A DNA stretch of 64,000 nucleotides from Eledone cirrhosa (lineage: Eukaryota). The notes beneath the pieces are model-generated. The model had not been told where the DNA came from and did no database searches. It was given only the letters and a program-made list of their open reading frames with translations. The translations under genes were made by a program, and so were the position numbers. The stretch is from NCBI GenBank assembly GCA_964016885.1, contig OZ024750.1, forward strand, positions 868,001-932,000, in the 5' to 3' direction. This document shows, piece by piece, positions 1-15,100 of this stretch (its first letter is position 1; the number at the start of each line of letters is the position of its first letter).

Positions 1-1996
1 TATATATATATATACATACACACAATATATATATATATACATACACAATATATATATACATACACACAATATATATATATATATACATACACAATATATA
101 TATACATACAATATATATATACTTCATTATAATCTCATATATATATATATACATACACACATATATATATACATACACACAATATATATATATATATATA
201 TACACACTATATATACTTCATTATAATCTCATATATATATGTGTGTCCACTTCAGGAGTTTCCTGCTTAACACTTCATCATTATAAAACAATATATTATA
301 CATCACTCTAGCCATGTATTCAGTTTTCTCTCTTGTTTCTATAGACAAACATAACTTTCATAGGTTTTGGCCAGTTTTGGCCCAGGCCATGTCTAACTTA
401 ATAGCACCATCTACCATATATATATATTGTGGAACCTCAGTTCACAAACTTAAGGCTGTTTGTCACCTGAAATGTTTGTAAACCGAAACTATTTTTCCCA
501 TACAAAATGTTGAGAGAGGAACTGTGTGTAAAAGATATCATCACTGTAACTAAATACACAGCAATAATATAAAATAATTGAACAAACTATATTTATGGCT
601 GAACTTTTATTAAAACAAATCAAAATAAAATCATTTATTAACCCATGTTTTAAATACAACAATGGATATAAGAAACACAATAAAAAAATAACAACGGCTT
701 GACATAAATTTTCGTTGAAAATTAAAGTATATTTCTACATGACAATATTTGAAGGTTATAAAGAGATTTTAAGTTTAAAATATTGTACAATGACGAAAAC
801 ATACAAGTGAAATTTTGTTTAAGAAGTGACATCAGCGATGAAACAAGGCTAAAATTGGAAGATCATATAAATGGAAAGAAGAAAGTTTTGTCTACAGTTA
901 TTAGAGGGGGTGACAAGAAAATACTTTGGTAATAAACAGGGAGAGCCGAGAGGGAGGGAAAAAAATGAAGGAATAATTCAATTTATTTATTAAACTTTAT
1001 ATTTATGAAAATTTAAAATTCATTTATTGATCGGATATATTTGTTTATTGATATATATATGTGTGTGTGTGTATACATGTGTATATATATATGTGTGTAT
1101 ACATGTGTATGTGTATATATATATATGTGTATATATGTGTATACATGCGTGTGTGTACATGTGTATAATTATATATAATTGTAAATATGCATAATCTTTG
1201 AACACATGTCTATGTATGTATAATATATATATTTGTGTATGTGTGTATATATATATATATGAAAACCTGTCAATCACTCTTGTTTCAACCGGTTGTATAA
1301 TTTCTTGCCTTAAAAGCAAGAATCAATCTTCAGACACAAGGATGACACTTAAACATGTAGAATAGACATCAACCAAGTAATATATTGTCAAGACATGTAC
1401 ATGTCACCCAGACGTCGTCCAGATATCCACATGTCACCCAGACGTCGTCCAGATATCCACATGTCACCCAGACGTCGTCCAGACACCCAGGTGTCAATAT
1501 ATTGTCCAGGTATCTCGAGATTGATATACAAGTTTTAAAGCAAGGTTTAAATCTGAGAATTATGGGGAACTTAGTAACCAAGTGGACAAACAGGTAGAAA
1601 TTATGCAAATATATACTTCAACTTTGTCATATATGTCTTGATTATATATACAATTATATGTGTGTGTTTATATATATATATATATACAATATATATGTAC
1701 ATATATATATACTATATATATGTACATGTGTACAATATATATATATATATGTACATGTATGTATTATATATATACATATTTATATGTACATGTATGTATT
1801 TTATATATATACACATATATGCATACATAGATACATAGAAATATATATATATATATACACAGATACATGTACACTATATATGTGTGTGTATGTAACTTAA
1901 AGAAGCTTGCCAGTCGGTCGTATGATAATGGTCTGGCTGATGATTGTTATGATTGAATGAAATGTTGACATAAGATGCACCAATAAGTGTTTTATC

Positions 1997-2039
<43 letters not shown>

Positions 2040-2469
2040 CGTCTCTTTCTCCCTCTTTTCATATATATGTATATATATGAAAAGAGGGAGAAAGAGACGA
2101 TTATGAGGAAGAAAAATATATTTTTTTCCTTATTATTGTGTCTCTCTCTCTTTTTTCTGGGTTAGAAAATGATTAAAACGAAATGTTTTACTTTGTGTGA
2201 AGTGTTAAGGTATTAGTTGATTTATTTATTATTTAACAATGGCATTTATTTATCTATTTATATATTTAATTTTTAAATAATAAATAAATCAACTAATACC
2301 TTAACACTTCACACAAAGTAAAACATTTCGTTTTAATCATTTTCTAACCCAGAAAAAAGAGAGAGAGACACAATAATAAGGAAAAAAATATATTTTTCTT
2401 CCTCATAATCGTCTCTTTCTCCCTCTTTTCATATATATATCCTAACTCGTGTGCCTCCTCTCCACATTT

Positions 2470-3796
<1,327 letters not shown>

Positions 3797-5047
3797 NNNN
3801 NNNNNNNNNNNNNNNNNNNNNNNNNNNNNNNNNNNNNNNNNNNNNNNNNNNNNNNNNNNNNNNNNNNNNNNNNNNNNNNNNNNNNNNNNNNNNNNNNNNN
3901 NNNNNNNNNNNNNNNNNNNNNNNNNNNNNNNNNNNNNNNNNNNNNNNNNNNNNNNNNNNNNNNNNNNNNNNNNNNNNNNNNNNNNNNNNNNNNNNNGTGT
4001 GCTTTCATTAGATATAATATAATATAGATCAGTTTTATAAGCAAATATTGACATACCCTTAAAAGAATGCGACCATGTCTGTTGGAAGCTATCCGGGAGT
4101 TTCCAACAGACATGGTCGCATTCTTTTAAGGGTATGTCAATATTTGCTTATAAAACTGATCTATATTATATTATATCTAATGAAAGCGCACCATAATTTG
4201 CTTTGGTGTCCTTGAAATATGTATAATGAAATAAATATTGTTTTATAAATATAGTTTCCATTTGTTAATATATTGTATATATATATATATGTATATATTA
4301 TATATATATGTATATATATTGTATGTGTATAGATAGGTGTATACAATATATATGTGTGTTTATATATATATATATCTGTATGCAAAATATTTATGTGTTT
4401 ATAAATGTATATGAGGTTGTGTATAAATATTTATATATATATAGAATTATTTATTTGTAGTGAATATACACATATACATACAAAAAAATAAATGTGCATG
4501 ATGTTTATTTTCCAAACCAACAGATGCACCACGCAAGCATACAACACTCATACAGATAGAATATTTTTGTCGGAATAATTTCCAGATTTCTTTGTGAGGA
4601 ATGGTTTTTTTTTTGTTTTTTTTATGCAATCTCAAATTTTCCAAAAACAACAGAGTGATTGTCTTTTCTGAGATCAGAGAAAAATAAAAACAAAAAACAA
4701 ACAAACAAGAAAACAAAAAACAAGAACAAATAAGTAACTGCTTGAGTCAATGGAATCTCTTCCATTACTCTTCAGCTTCATTTTTCAATATTGATTCTCT
4801 TGATTTTGTCTGTGTATAGGTATGAGGTCAAAATATTTTTGAAAAAAAAAAGAAATCCTTGGTCCAGCTATTGTGATACCATGACAGTGCTGGTATATTT
4901 TTGGAAGTGGAACATTGGAACAATTAAAAAAATAAAGGACCACTATGATTGTATTTTTTTTTCTTCTCTTCTCGAGTTGTTTTGTCTGACTTACAATAAA
5001 CTATCTTTGGTCAATTTAACATTGGCAGCCAGTCTTTTGATCCCCTA

Positions 5048-5170
5048 TCAAAGAACTTCATCAAATTCCATGGACCCTTTACTGAAAGGTGAGACTGGAG
5101 GGGTTTCTCCAAGTTTCATAATCATTATTCCAGAATCAGAACCAGAGGAGTCATGGCGGTCTTTATTATC
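5048..5170 (-). CDS. GARNL3: GARNL3 terminal coding exon: [40 protein letters not shown]
   Basis: Strong T-tract plus CCAG acceptor, phase 0, TGA-TAG stops; SPF/acidic tail resembles the recalled vertebrate C-terminus. Confidence 0.8.
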   Translation of the reverse strand, partial: DNKDRHDSSGSDSGIMIMKLGETPPVSPFSKGSMEFDEVL

Positions 5171-6065
5171 CTGGTAGAAAAAAAGAAAAAAGAAATTTCT
5201 ATAAAAATAGCAATTTAGAAACCAAATCAATATTTCGATTTTGTAGAAACTTTGATAGCGTTAATCCTTTAGCATTTACATTACTCAATATATAATATTG
5301 TATTTTTGTGGCAAAGGTTTTATCTTACATAATTATCTCACATAATATTGAATCTACAAGATTTTAATATTTATTTTGAGAACAAAACCTTAACGTGAGT
5401 ATGAGTGGCCAGTTATGGCCGATTTGAACAGAAAGAGGTGAGAGAGTTCTGGCTGGATATAGTTGGTTTAAATGCTAAAGGGTTAACAACACCATATTGC
5501 TTCATGACAGAATGTTGCAAGAACTAACAATATGGTAGAACAACAAATTTATTACATATATTATTCCGTAGAACAAGCCATACATATGAATTTATAATGT
5601 TACAACAACAATATTAAATTGCATGAGTAAATAAATAATTAGGTGATCAAATATAATTTTGTTCATATATAACTTATGGTGTGTGATATATTGTGTAATA
5701 GCATGCTATATATAGAGTATATCATATAATAGTATATAGCAGAGCACCATGATATACCACATAAACAATATTCCACAACATCATATCTACATGATACACC
5801 ACATCAACATATACTGAAGGTTGACCACATTATATCAGAAGAGGTAATAGCATCTGATATCCTTTACTGTGAAGAATAATGAAAAAAACTAATATAAAAT
5901 TTCCTTTGAGAAACTCTAATTATTGAGGAAGGTACACACCAGTTTGCCATGTATTTTACACAATATAGTAATATATATCATTGTCATTTTAATGTTTGCT
6001 TCCCCTGCTAGCAAACGTTATATATATATATATATATATATACTATATTATGTAATATGTGTGAG

Positions 6066-6101
<36 letters not shown>

Positions 6102-9100
6102 CGATATTAAATAAATGGAAACTATATTTATAAAACCATATTTATTTCATTATACATATTTCAGGGATACCAAATTAAAATATGGTGTGCCTTCATCAGA
6201 CAAAATACAATATATATATCCAGACAGCTTCCAAAAATAATGGTTGCATCTAATAGGGTACGTCAAAATTATTTATAAAACTGTTTATATATTGTATTTT
6301 GTCTGATGAAGGCATACCATATTTAAATTTGGTATCCCTGAAATATGTATAATGAAATAAATATGGTTTTATAAATATAGTTTCCATTTATTTAATATCG
6401 TATATCTACTCCAAAAACTTGTCGAGTGCTTTATATCAGTTATAAAATATTTACTTGTTGTATCCCAACAATTTTAAATAGAACTTTTGCATATATATAT
6501 ATATGAGTCTCGGGTTCAATCGGGAGTGACCTCAGGGCTTTTCTGATGATTTTGTTTGAATGAAATGGTTCTAGTCCTGTAGAAGCCATTTCTATATTAA
6601 ATATATATATATATATATATATAACTACACCTATGATTGTATGTCCATCTGATGAAGTAGCATGCATAATCATGTAACAGAAATATATAACTTATTGAGT
6701 ATTGACTCAGTCTGTTAAAACCCATCCAAGTTTTGTTCATCGGGAAGGCAGACGTTAAATAATGATGATGATGGAGGTGATGATAATGATGATGGTGATG
6801 ATGGTGATTACAGTTGGTGGTGGTGATGGTGGTGGTGGCAGTAACTATAAGATTATTTATAATTAGATTTGTTTCAGTCATGTTATTTAGACTGTTTACT
6901 CATCTGTGTTGAGAAAAATCAACCAGAATGTGATCACAAATCTTTGGATTATAGAGATTATGTTCGTTGCTATGTAATTAAGCATCTAATATAGAGATTA
7001 TGTTCGTTGCTATGTAATTAAGCATCTAATATAGAGATTATGTTCGTTGCTATGTAATTAAGCATCTAATATAGAGATTATGTTCGTTGCTATGTAATTA
7101 AGCATCTAATATAGAGATTATGTTCGTTGCTATGTAATTAAGCATCTAATATAGAGATTATGTTCGTTGCTATGTAATTAAGCATCTAATATAGAGATTA
7201 TGTTCGTTGCTATGTAATTAAGCATCTAATATAGAGATTATGTTCGTTGCTATGTAATTAAGCATCTAATATAGAGATTATGTTCGTTGCTATGTAATTA
7301 AGCATCTAATATAGAGATTATGTTTGTTGCTATGTAATTAAGCATCTAATATAGAGATTATGTTCGTTGCTATGTAATTAAGCATCTAATATAGAGATTA
7401 TGTTCGTTGCTATGTAATTAAGCATCTAATATAGAGATTATGTTCGTTGCTATGTAATTAAGCATCTAATATAGAGATTATGTTCGTTGCTATGTAATTA
7501 AGCATCTAATATAGAGATTATGTTCGTTGCTATGTAATTAAGCATCTAATATAGAGATTATGTTCGTTGCTACGTAATTAAGCATCTAATATAGAGGCTT
7601 CTTTACAGAATTCTGTTTGTTGTAGAAAATAATTGATCCAAACTATTCCGACAATGTATACAATATTCCCCATAGAGGAGTAATTAAGACTGAATAATTA
7701 CCAACACCACCAGGTATTAGATATATGAAGGATAAACCATCACCACCAGGTATTAGATATATGAAAGATAAACCATCACCACCAGGTATTAGATATATGA
7801 AGGATAAACCATCACCACCAGGTATTAGATATATGAAGGATAAACCATCACCACCAGGTATTAGATATATGAAGGATAAACCATCACCACCAGGTATTAG
7901 ATATATGAAGGATAAACCATCACCACCAGGTATTAGATATATGAAGGATAAACAAAGAACAAGAGATTTCTCTCGTTTGAGATGTTTTACTATAAGTAAT
8001 TTGTAAATATGAGAGTTAGTTGAAAAGTTCATAGGCTGACCAAGATACTCTCATGGAATGACCAAATCAGGTTTATTTTTCAACATAGTCCCAGGAAAGA
8101 AACAATGCAGTTATTAATAAGAAGAGTTGAAATTAATGCATGTAAAATTTCACAGCTCTAGCATCATTCCTTCTTAGTCAGCCTATGAACTTTTCAGCAC
8201 ACCCTCATAAAATTGGCTCTCTACTCTCTGAGTTCAAATCCCACTGAGGTCAACTTTGCCTTTCATCCTTTTGAGGTCCATAAAATAAGTACCAGTTCTG
8301 TACTGGGGTCAATTCTTCCTCTATATCTCTTCCTCTCTCATTGTATGTCATTTTAATACCCCTACAATTCCATCAATAGTTGTGGGACTATACATACATA
8401 TCAGCTATCAAAATATATGTAAGTATATACACAAACAATTTATATATTTTAACATATTTAATATGAAACCTCCTGAAACTGTCCCTGGTTCTACAATACA
8501 GAGCTGTTTATTTAAAAGTGTTTATATCTATTTCCAAGATTCTTCCTATTCAGCTGTTGTCATATGTCTATTGGTTGCTGCTTTAGATGTATGCACTCAA
8601 TAATAATTAACCCATTAGATACCAAATCAAGTTGGTCCCCACACTTAAGGGATCGCCACACTAGAGGAATATACTCTTGGCTTATCAACTACAACAACAC
8701 ATTGCAATGATACTAAACTGTTTATATTTATCTAAAAACCTTTCATAATAATATTATGTAAGAACCTTCTTTAAGTTATGTTCCAAATACCAAATTAATT
8801 ATGATAAAGCTTGTTATATGGCTAAATCCTTCCAAATTCTTGATTATTTTCAAAATGATTTTAAAATTATAGGCAGTGTCTTCCATTAGAAATATGATAA
8901 TGACTGGGTTATGTCGAGATGTTTCCTGATATCAGATGTTAAGATGTGAGGAATATATAAATATAAGAGAACATTAAAAGACAGTGAAATCTTAATTTCC
9001 CCCTCCCCCTCCTGGTATTATGCTAGTATATATATTTATATACTAACTTAATACTCGGCAAAATGATGGGGCATATAGCAAAAACATAATTTAATAATTC

Positions 9101-12100
9101 CTTGATTACAACATTCTATGTGAAGAAGCTTGAATCACTGACTTTTCTTTAACCTTAATTTCAACACATTTAAGGGTTTACTCAAAATATATTTAAGGGA
9201 TACAACTTAAATAGATTAAACAGGAGAGTTATGACCCCTTCTCATGCATTCTCATCGTTTCTTACGAGGAGCCATTTCGAAACTACCTGACAATTGTCAG
9301 TTGCCAGAGACGTTTTCTACTCTATCAGCATGCAGACTCACTGGGATTAGCATTGTATTGCCTATCCTTTCAATCTTCTAAATGTTTTTCTCACTGCTAT
9401 CCACCCCACCATATTTTAAGTCCCTAATCCTCATATAGTTGACCAATTAGAATTACCGGACCTTCAATTCCCTCTTCTCCACATCTGCTGGACAGAACTT
9501 GCAATAACACAGTCATCATCTGACAAGGAAAAGTTGAGCATTTAAACCCCAATCAACTAAAGTAATGCTATCAAGTATAAACAGGGATAACGAAGGAAAG
9601 ATGTTCTATTATTATCATTTATCTAACCTCAGAGCTAATGAAAGGTGGCTCATGACTAAGGTCTCCAGCTACCTCTGGCCTTTGAAAGGAATAGCCTGTG
9701 TAAAATGGAAAATAATGGGAAAAATACAGACCATACAGAAACAGGAGCAAAAACTAGTGAAAAGGTTACTAATGAAACAATAGAGAGAGTGAGATGTTCT
9801 TTGTAATTCAAATCTGAACAGAAATATATCCTGAGATTTTAGTCAGACTCACTCTGAAGTTACAACACACAATCCCATCTTAGTACCTACACAATGTCGA
9901 CTCTACATGTTAACTTCCAACCACTTTATACAGTGATGTTTCTATTTTACTTTCTACTCTTTGTTTCCCAGACCATACACAACTCACCCTCATCCTCTTA
10001 TATCTCTATTCACACATATATCTCCCATCTGTCTATCCACCTATCTGTCAGTCTATCTTCTATCTATCTGTTTGTCTGTATATCTATTATCTCTTCTCTG
10101 TCTGTTTATGAGGAGGAAACATTATTAATCTATGTCTCTCTCTCTCTATCTTTCCTTTTCTTCACCTTTCCTTCTCTATATTCCTAGATAGTCAGAACTT
10201 CTTAGATAAAAACCCTGGTTATTCACCCTTTTCCAGTTCACCGACGTACCTAAAAGGTTTTTTTAGTTACTTGTGTTTTCTTCAGCACTGGAAGAAGGTT
10301 ACTCCATAAAATCTCGGCTAGCCTAAAGAGTGTGTTATGTAAATATAAACTATTAGGAAACAATCTGTAGCCAGTCATATCTTAATATTTGATTGTATTA
10401 CACAGATACAAGCGTATGTGCACACACACACATACACATAAAATAGTAAATATATATAAGAAGCGACAGCAGAAATTGCTGTATTGCAGATTTAAATGCA
10501 TTTTGATGAGAAGCCCAACATATTCCATGATGTACAGGCATACACATGCCAGTTTGTAGCCCTGAAACCCTCATGCAACTGTCTCCAAAATAAACCGTTC
10601 CACATATGCACATGCCGAGGTATGTACATGCATGATGTGTGTAAATATATGTACATGCAAGTGAATGTGTGTATGTAGAAAAAATATATTTGTGTGCACA
10701 CATGGATGTGTGTATATGTATGTGTGTGTAGGTGAGTGTAGTTGTAAACACAGCGTGAAGAGGTATCTAACAGTTGTGACTGGCATTTTTGTGAGTTTTG
10801 TTAGATCATGAAACCATTGGTAGCTGATGTTATGATAACATGTGTACAGATTATAAATATATATATACATATATATATAAAGTTATGTGTGTGTAAATAT
10901 ATAGATTTGTATATAAGCCTGTGTGTAATGATTAAAAAGTCTGCATGCTTATTTATGTCCATATGTGTATGTCTAGTAAATCAAGGGAGGCTACTCTTCC
11001 ACAAGATTCAGTTTTGATTTGTTTTTTTTTTTCCTCTGCAACTATAAACATCCAATTTCTGTACACGTCTCTTTCTCTCTCTGTCTGTGTGTGTGTGTGT
11101 GTGGTCAAAGTTTTAATGTAATTTTCTCCATGTTGGCATGGACTGGATTGTGTATCCGATACAATATAGTATCCCATATTTTGGTGTTTTGTCACCTCAT
11201 ATGGTCTTACCACTTTTATTACTTGTATTATTTTCTTCCTTGGTATTCTAATACCAGTTCCCTCTACTTGCAACAAGACAACTCTTTTTCATGCACTACA
11301 TATCATTAACCCTTTACCATTTACATTACTCTATATATACTAGGCTTTACCTCATATAATTATCTCACATAATATCGAATCTAAGATTTTGATATTATTT
11401 ATTTTGAGAACAATACCTTAACATCAGTATAAGAGGCCAGGTACAGTTGGTTTAAATGCTAAAGGGTTAATGGAAAGAAGTGACAGGATTCCCCTGGGGT
11501 TGTGGTAGAATGGCCTGGCATATAGTAGCGGTGTGTTGTAAGAAGCAAAACATATTCAATCTTTTGTTTTCTGAAATAAATCAATCTTTTAAAACTATTC
11601 CTAGTTATTTGATTTGACTTCTGTTACACAATTAGGATCAGGAAAATATTTGAAATAATATTAAAGTTGTATATCATCATCATCGTTCATGTTAGCATGG
11701 GTTAGATGGGTTCTCCCATTTGAGGCAAGTTGGGTCAGGTGACCGTGACTTGCTCATATAGAACTGTTTCTGTAGTGTACATGTAGAGTACATGTAGTAG
11801 TGTACATGTAGCATACATATAGTGTACATGTAGTGTACAAAAGGTTTAGGTCCATGCCAACTGGCTCACCTACCACCCATCCTGGTTGGTTTGCTCGGTC
11901 TACACCCACACACAAACACGCGCGCGCGAGCAGAAACACAACTACGATGAAAGTAAAAAAAAATTAAAACGACAATGAAGAGGGGAGATAACTCCGTAAA
12001 AATAATGTTTGCTCATCGCTAACTTAGCAATTTCAATGGCAGTTTAGATATTGTTAAATCTACAGTTAAACTATTGAAAAAATAAGGAAAATGGCAGAAA

Positions 12101-15100
12101 AATAGGATGAGTGAGAATGAAGATGTATTCCATATAACAAATAAAACTGACAATACGTCTTTTTTTCCTTCTCTTTATCGTGAACAATAACGACCTTTCT
12201 TACAGTGAATGGAAGGCTGAAAGAATGAAAACCTATTTCTTATATTGAACAAAATGAAAGGAGAGAGTTATATCTTATATGGAATGAAAATGAAAGAAGA
12301 AGTGAGTGTTATATATATATATATATATATATAAAAACAACAACGGAGGTTTCTTAGAGTAAGTAAATGAGAACATGAAATGTTGCTCCTTGTAAATGAG
12401 AATAGAGGAAACACATTGAACTGAGTTAAACCTTTTTATGAATACAGAAGCACAAAGAAATATTTGCTGTGTGCAACAAGAAATAATGTGAATACCACAA
12501 TAAAGCAAAGTCTGTAGCTTGTGCCTAGCAGTGAACAATAACAACAGCAACATTAGGGTGATAAATATGTGCAGCTGATATCTAGGAATTAATAATAACA
12601 ATATCAACACAAGTGAGAGATAATTTGTAGAGAATTTAAACCATTACAACAACGACAACAACAACAACAACAACAACACCAACAACAATAACAATAACAA
12701 CAGTAATGGAAGCAGAAATGAAGCCACTCTCTTGAAGTGAAGAAGATTAAACAAAGCCAGTGAAACCAATCAAAAGACAAAAGATTTATTTTTCTCCCAG
12801 TAAACTGAACTTATAAGAATAAACTTTAATTTTATCATTATTTTACCTTTGATAATTCCCAGCTTGTGACAGTTAAAATGGACATGAAACTGTCTTGTTT
12901 TTCCTTCAGTTCCTTTTTTTCTCTAATACTATAGAATTAGAGGATACTGTAATGTTCTCTTGGCCAGTAATGCTCTAACTCATCTCTAATCTTTAATCTA
13001 GAGTTGTTTTCAGATTTAAGATTTTTCTTTCCCTTTCTTATATAAGGCCACCAACTTCAACCTGAGACCACGGTATGTTGTTTCCGATTTCCCTGAGTTG
13101 TTCACGAAGGTTTGCTGGTCATTTGGTTCTTACAATTCATGTTAAAATTAAGTCTTTTATTTTATGTCCTTTTAATAAAACATTCTTCTTGATTTTTGAA
13201 ATAATTATTGGTGAATAGAGTAATTAATTTTTAAAGACCGGACTGTTGCCGACATCACTTGGACTAGATGGTGGAACTTGTGATTCTACCTCCACAAGGA
13301 ATGTTGGTGTGATTTTCCAAATAGATTCTGATTGAACCTTTTAAAAAAATAAACAAATAAATAAGGGAAGAAATGGAAAAAAGAAAGTGAGAGGAAAACT
13401 TTAGAAGGAGGAAGAAGAGTTGAAGAGATAGTAGAGCTTCTATCAATTTGTGAATGTGGAGGAGTTAATGTTAAGCTTAGTTTAGAGCTTATTGTTATGT
13501 TAGTTGTAGAAGTCTTTCTGAACATTCTGAACATTTCCAAGAGGATTTGTTACTTATCTTGAATATCTCACTATATTTGTAAGCATTCATTAGGACATCT
13601 TTTATAATTTCCCTGTATATTGACAGAATTACTGCTAAACATCAGCTATTTTCATTCAGAAATTCTGCTTTTAATCTAAGATTACAATGTGGTGTTTGGA
13701 ATACATATAAGTAATATCAATTTACAAGTATAATTCTCGTAGCCTACTTACATATGTATCTTTGTTAAACCATGTTACAGCAAATAACTGTAACATGGCT
13801 CATATTTATCAAAGTTTAAAATATTTATTAAATGTAAAAGACACTCAATAGTTAACGGAATGTTTTAACCCTTTAACATTTACATTACTCTATATTTACT
13901 ACTGTATCTTTGTGATAAAGGTTTTATCTCACATAATATCGAATCTATGAGATTTTGATGTTGCTGTTATATATTTTGAGAACAATATCTTAACATCAGT
14001 ATGAGCAGCCGGTTACAGCCAGTTTAAACAGAAAGGGGTAAGAGAATTCTGGCCGGATCTGGCTGGTTTAAATGCTAAAGGGTTCAATGTAGTCAAAGCC
14101 AAAGACAATGAAATAAGGGGTCTCCATGAGTTTTAACTGAGATTTTTTATAGAGTTTTAAACAAAATTTCTCATAATTATATACAGAATATCAGTTTATG
14201 TTGCTAAAAGATAATGTATATAATGTCTATATTAGCAAAACAGATTGTAAAAGGAGAAAGCAGGAGAAAATATAATAGTTTGTGGTGATAAAGGTATTTA
14301 GTAATAATTAAAAGATAAAACAAAAGCTGGCAACTGCCATTGTTAATAGGGATTAATGATTAATTGAACACTGTTAATGAAACTAAGCTGTAGTAGTAGT
14401 AGTAGTCAAGGCATTTAATGAGGTTGTCACTATATTCTTCTTTTACTGGTTTCAGTCATTAAACTACGACAGTGGTAGGGTCAAAGACTTAAAAGGGTTT
14501 AGTTTATCATACCGACCCCAATATTTATTTTATCTGAAACCTATTTCATTGAACTAAGTTACATGACATAAACATATACATACCCATCACACACACTCAC
14601 ACACACACACACTCACACACTCATACACACACACTCACACACACACACACACTCATACACACACACTCACACACACTCACTCACACACTCACACACATAC
14701 ACACCCAACTGGCTTCTATAGTTTCCATCTACAGAATTTCACTCACAAGACATTTGTTAAACTGAGGTTATAGTAAAAGACTTGCTGAAGGTGCTACACA
14801 GTGGAATTGAACCTGAAACCATGGTATTGCGAACCAAGCCCTTTAACCTTAATGCCATACATGTGTTTGTTAATAACTTTTAAGGGGGAGCTTTAAAATA
14901 GATGAATTTAAGGAACCAAATTTTGTTTTAGAGGATTTTTGATGACTAAATTTCTAAATATATGAAACAGATGTAATCACACTTGTATTATATGTAAATA
15001 ACTAAGACCATCAATTGCCTTAATTTGAACATAAACAAACCTACACCAATCCAATACTATCCCTGAACAGAAGCAAACAAAATCCATAATCCTCTTTCAA

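Noticed and set aside
6645-6700. CTGATGA..GAAA motif, and similar partial ones at ~16555, ~38913 and ~62898
   Set aside because: Stem I pairing or the GAAA/UH elements are missing; they cannot be told from chance or heavy decay.
6951-7953. CRISPR-like appearance of the regular repeats, also at 22931-24458 and 33851-34675
   Set aside because: The units are head-to-tail with no unique spacers, there are no cas genes, and the context is a eukaryotic intron.
7643-8032. Repeat-peptide ORFs ([12 protein letters not shown])n and ([12 protein letters not shown])n
   Set aside because: They arise from a stop-free 36-bp tandem unit; I saw no splice support.
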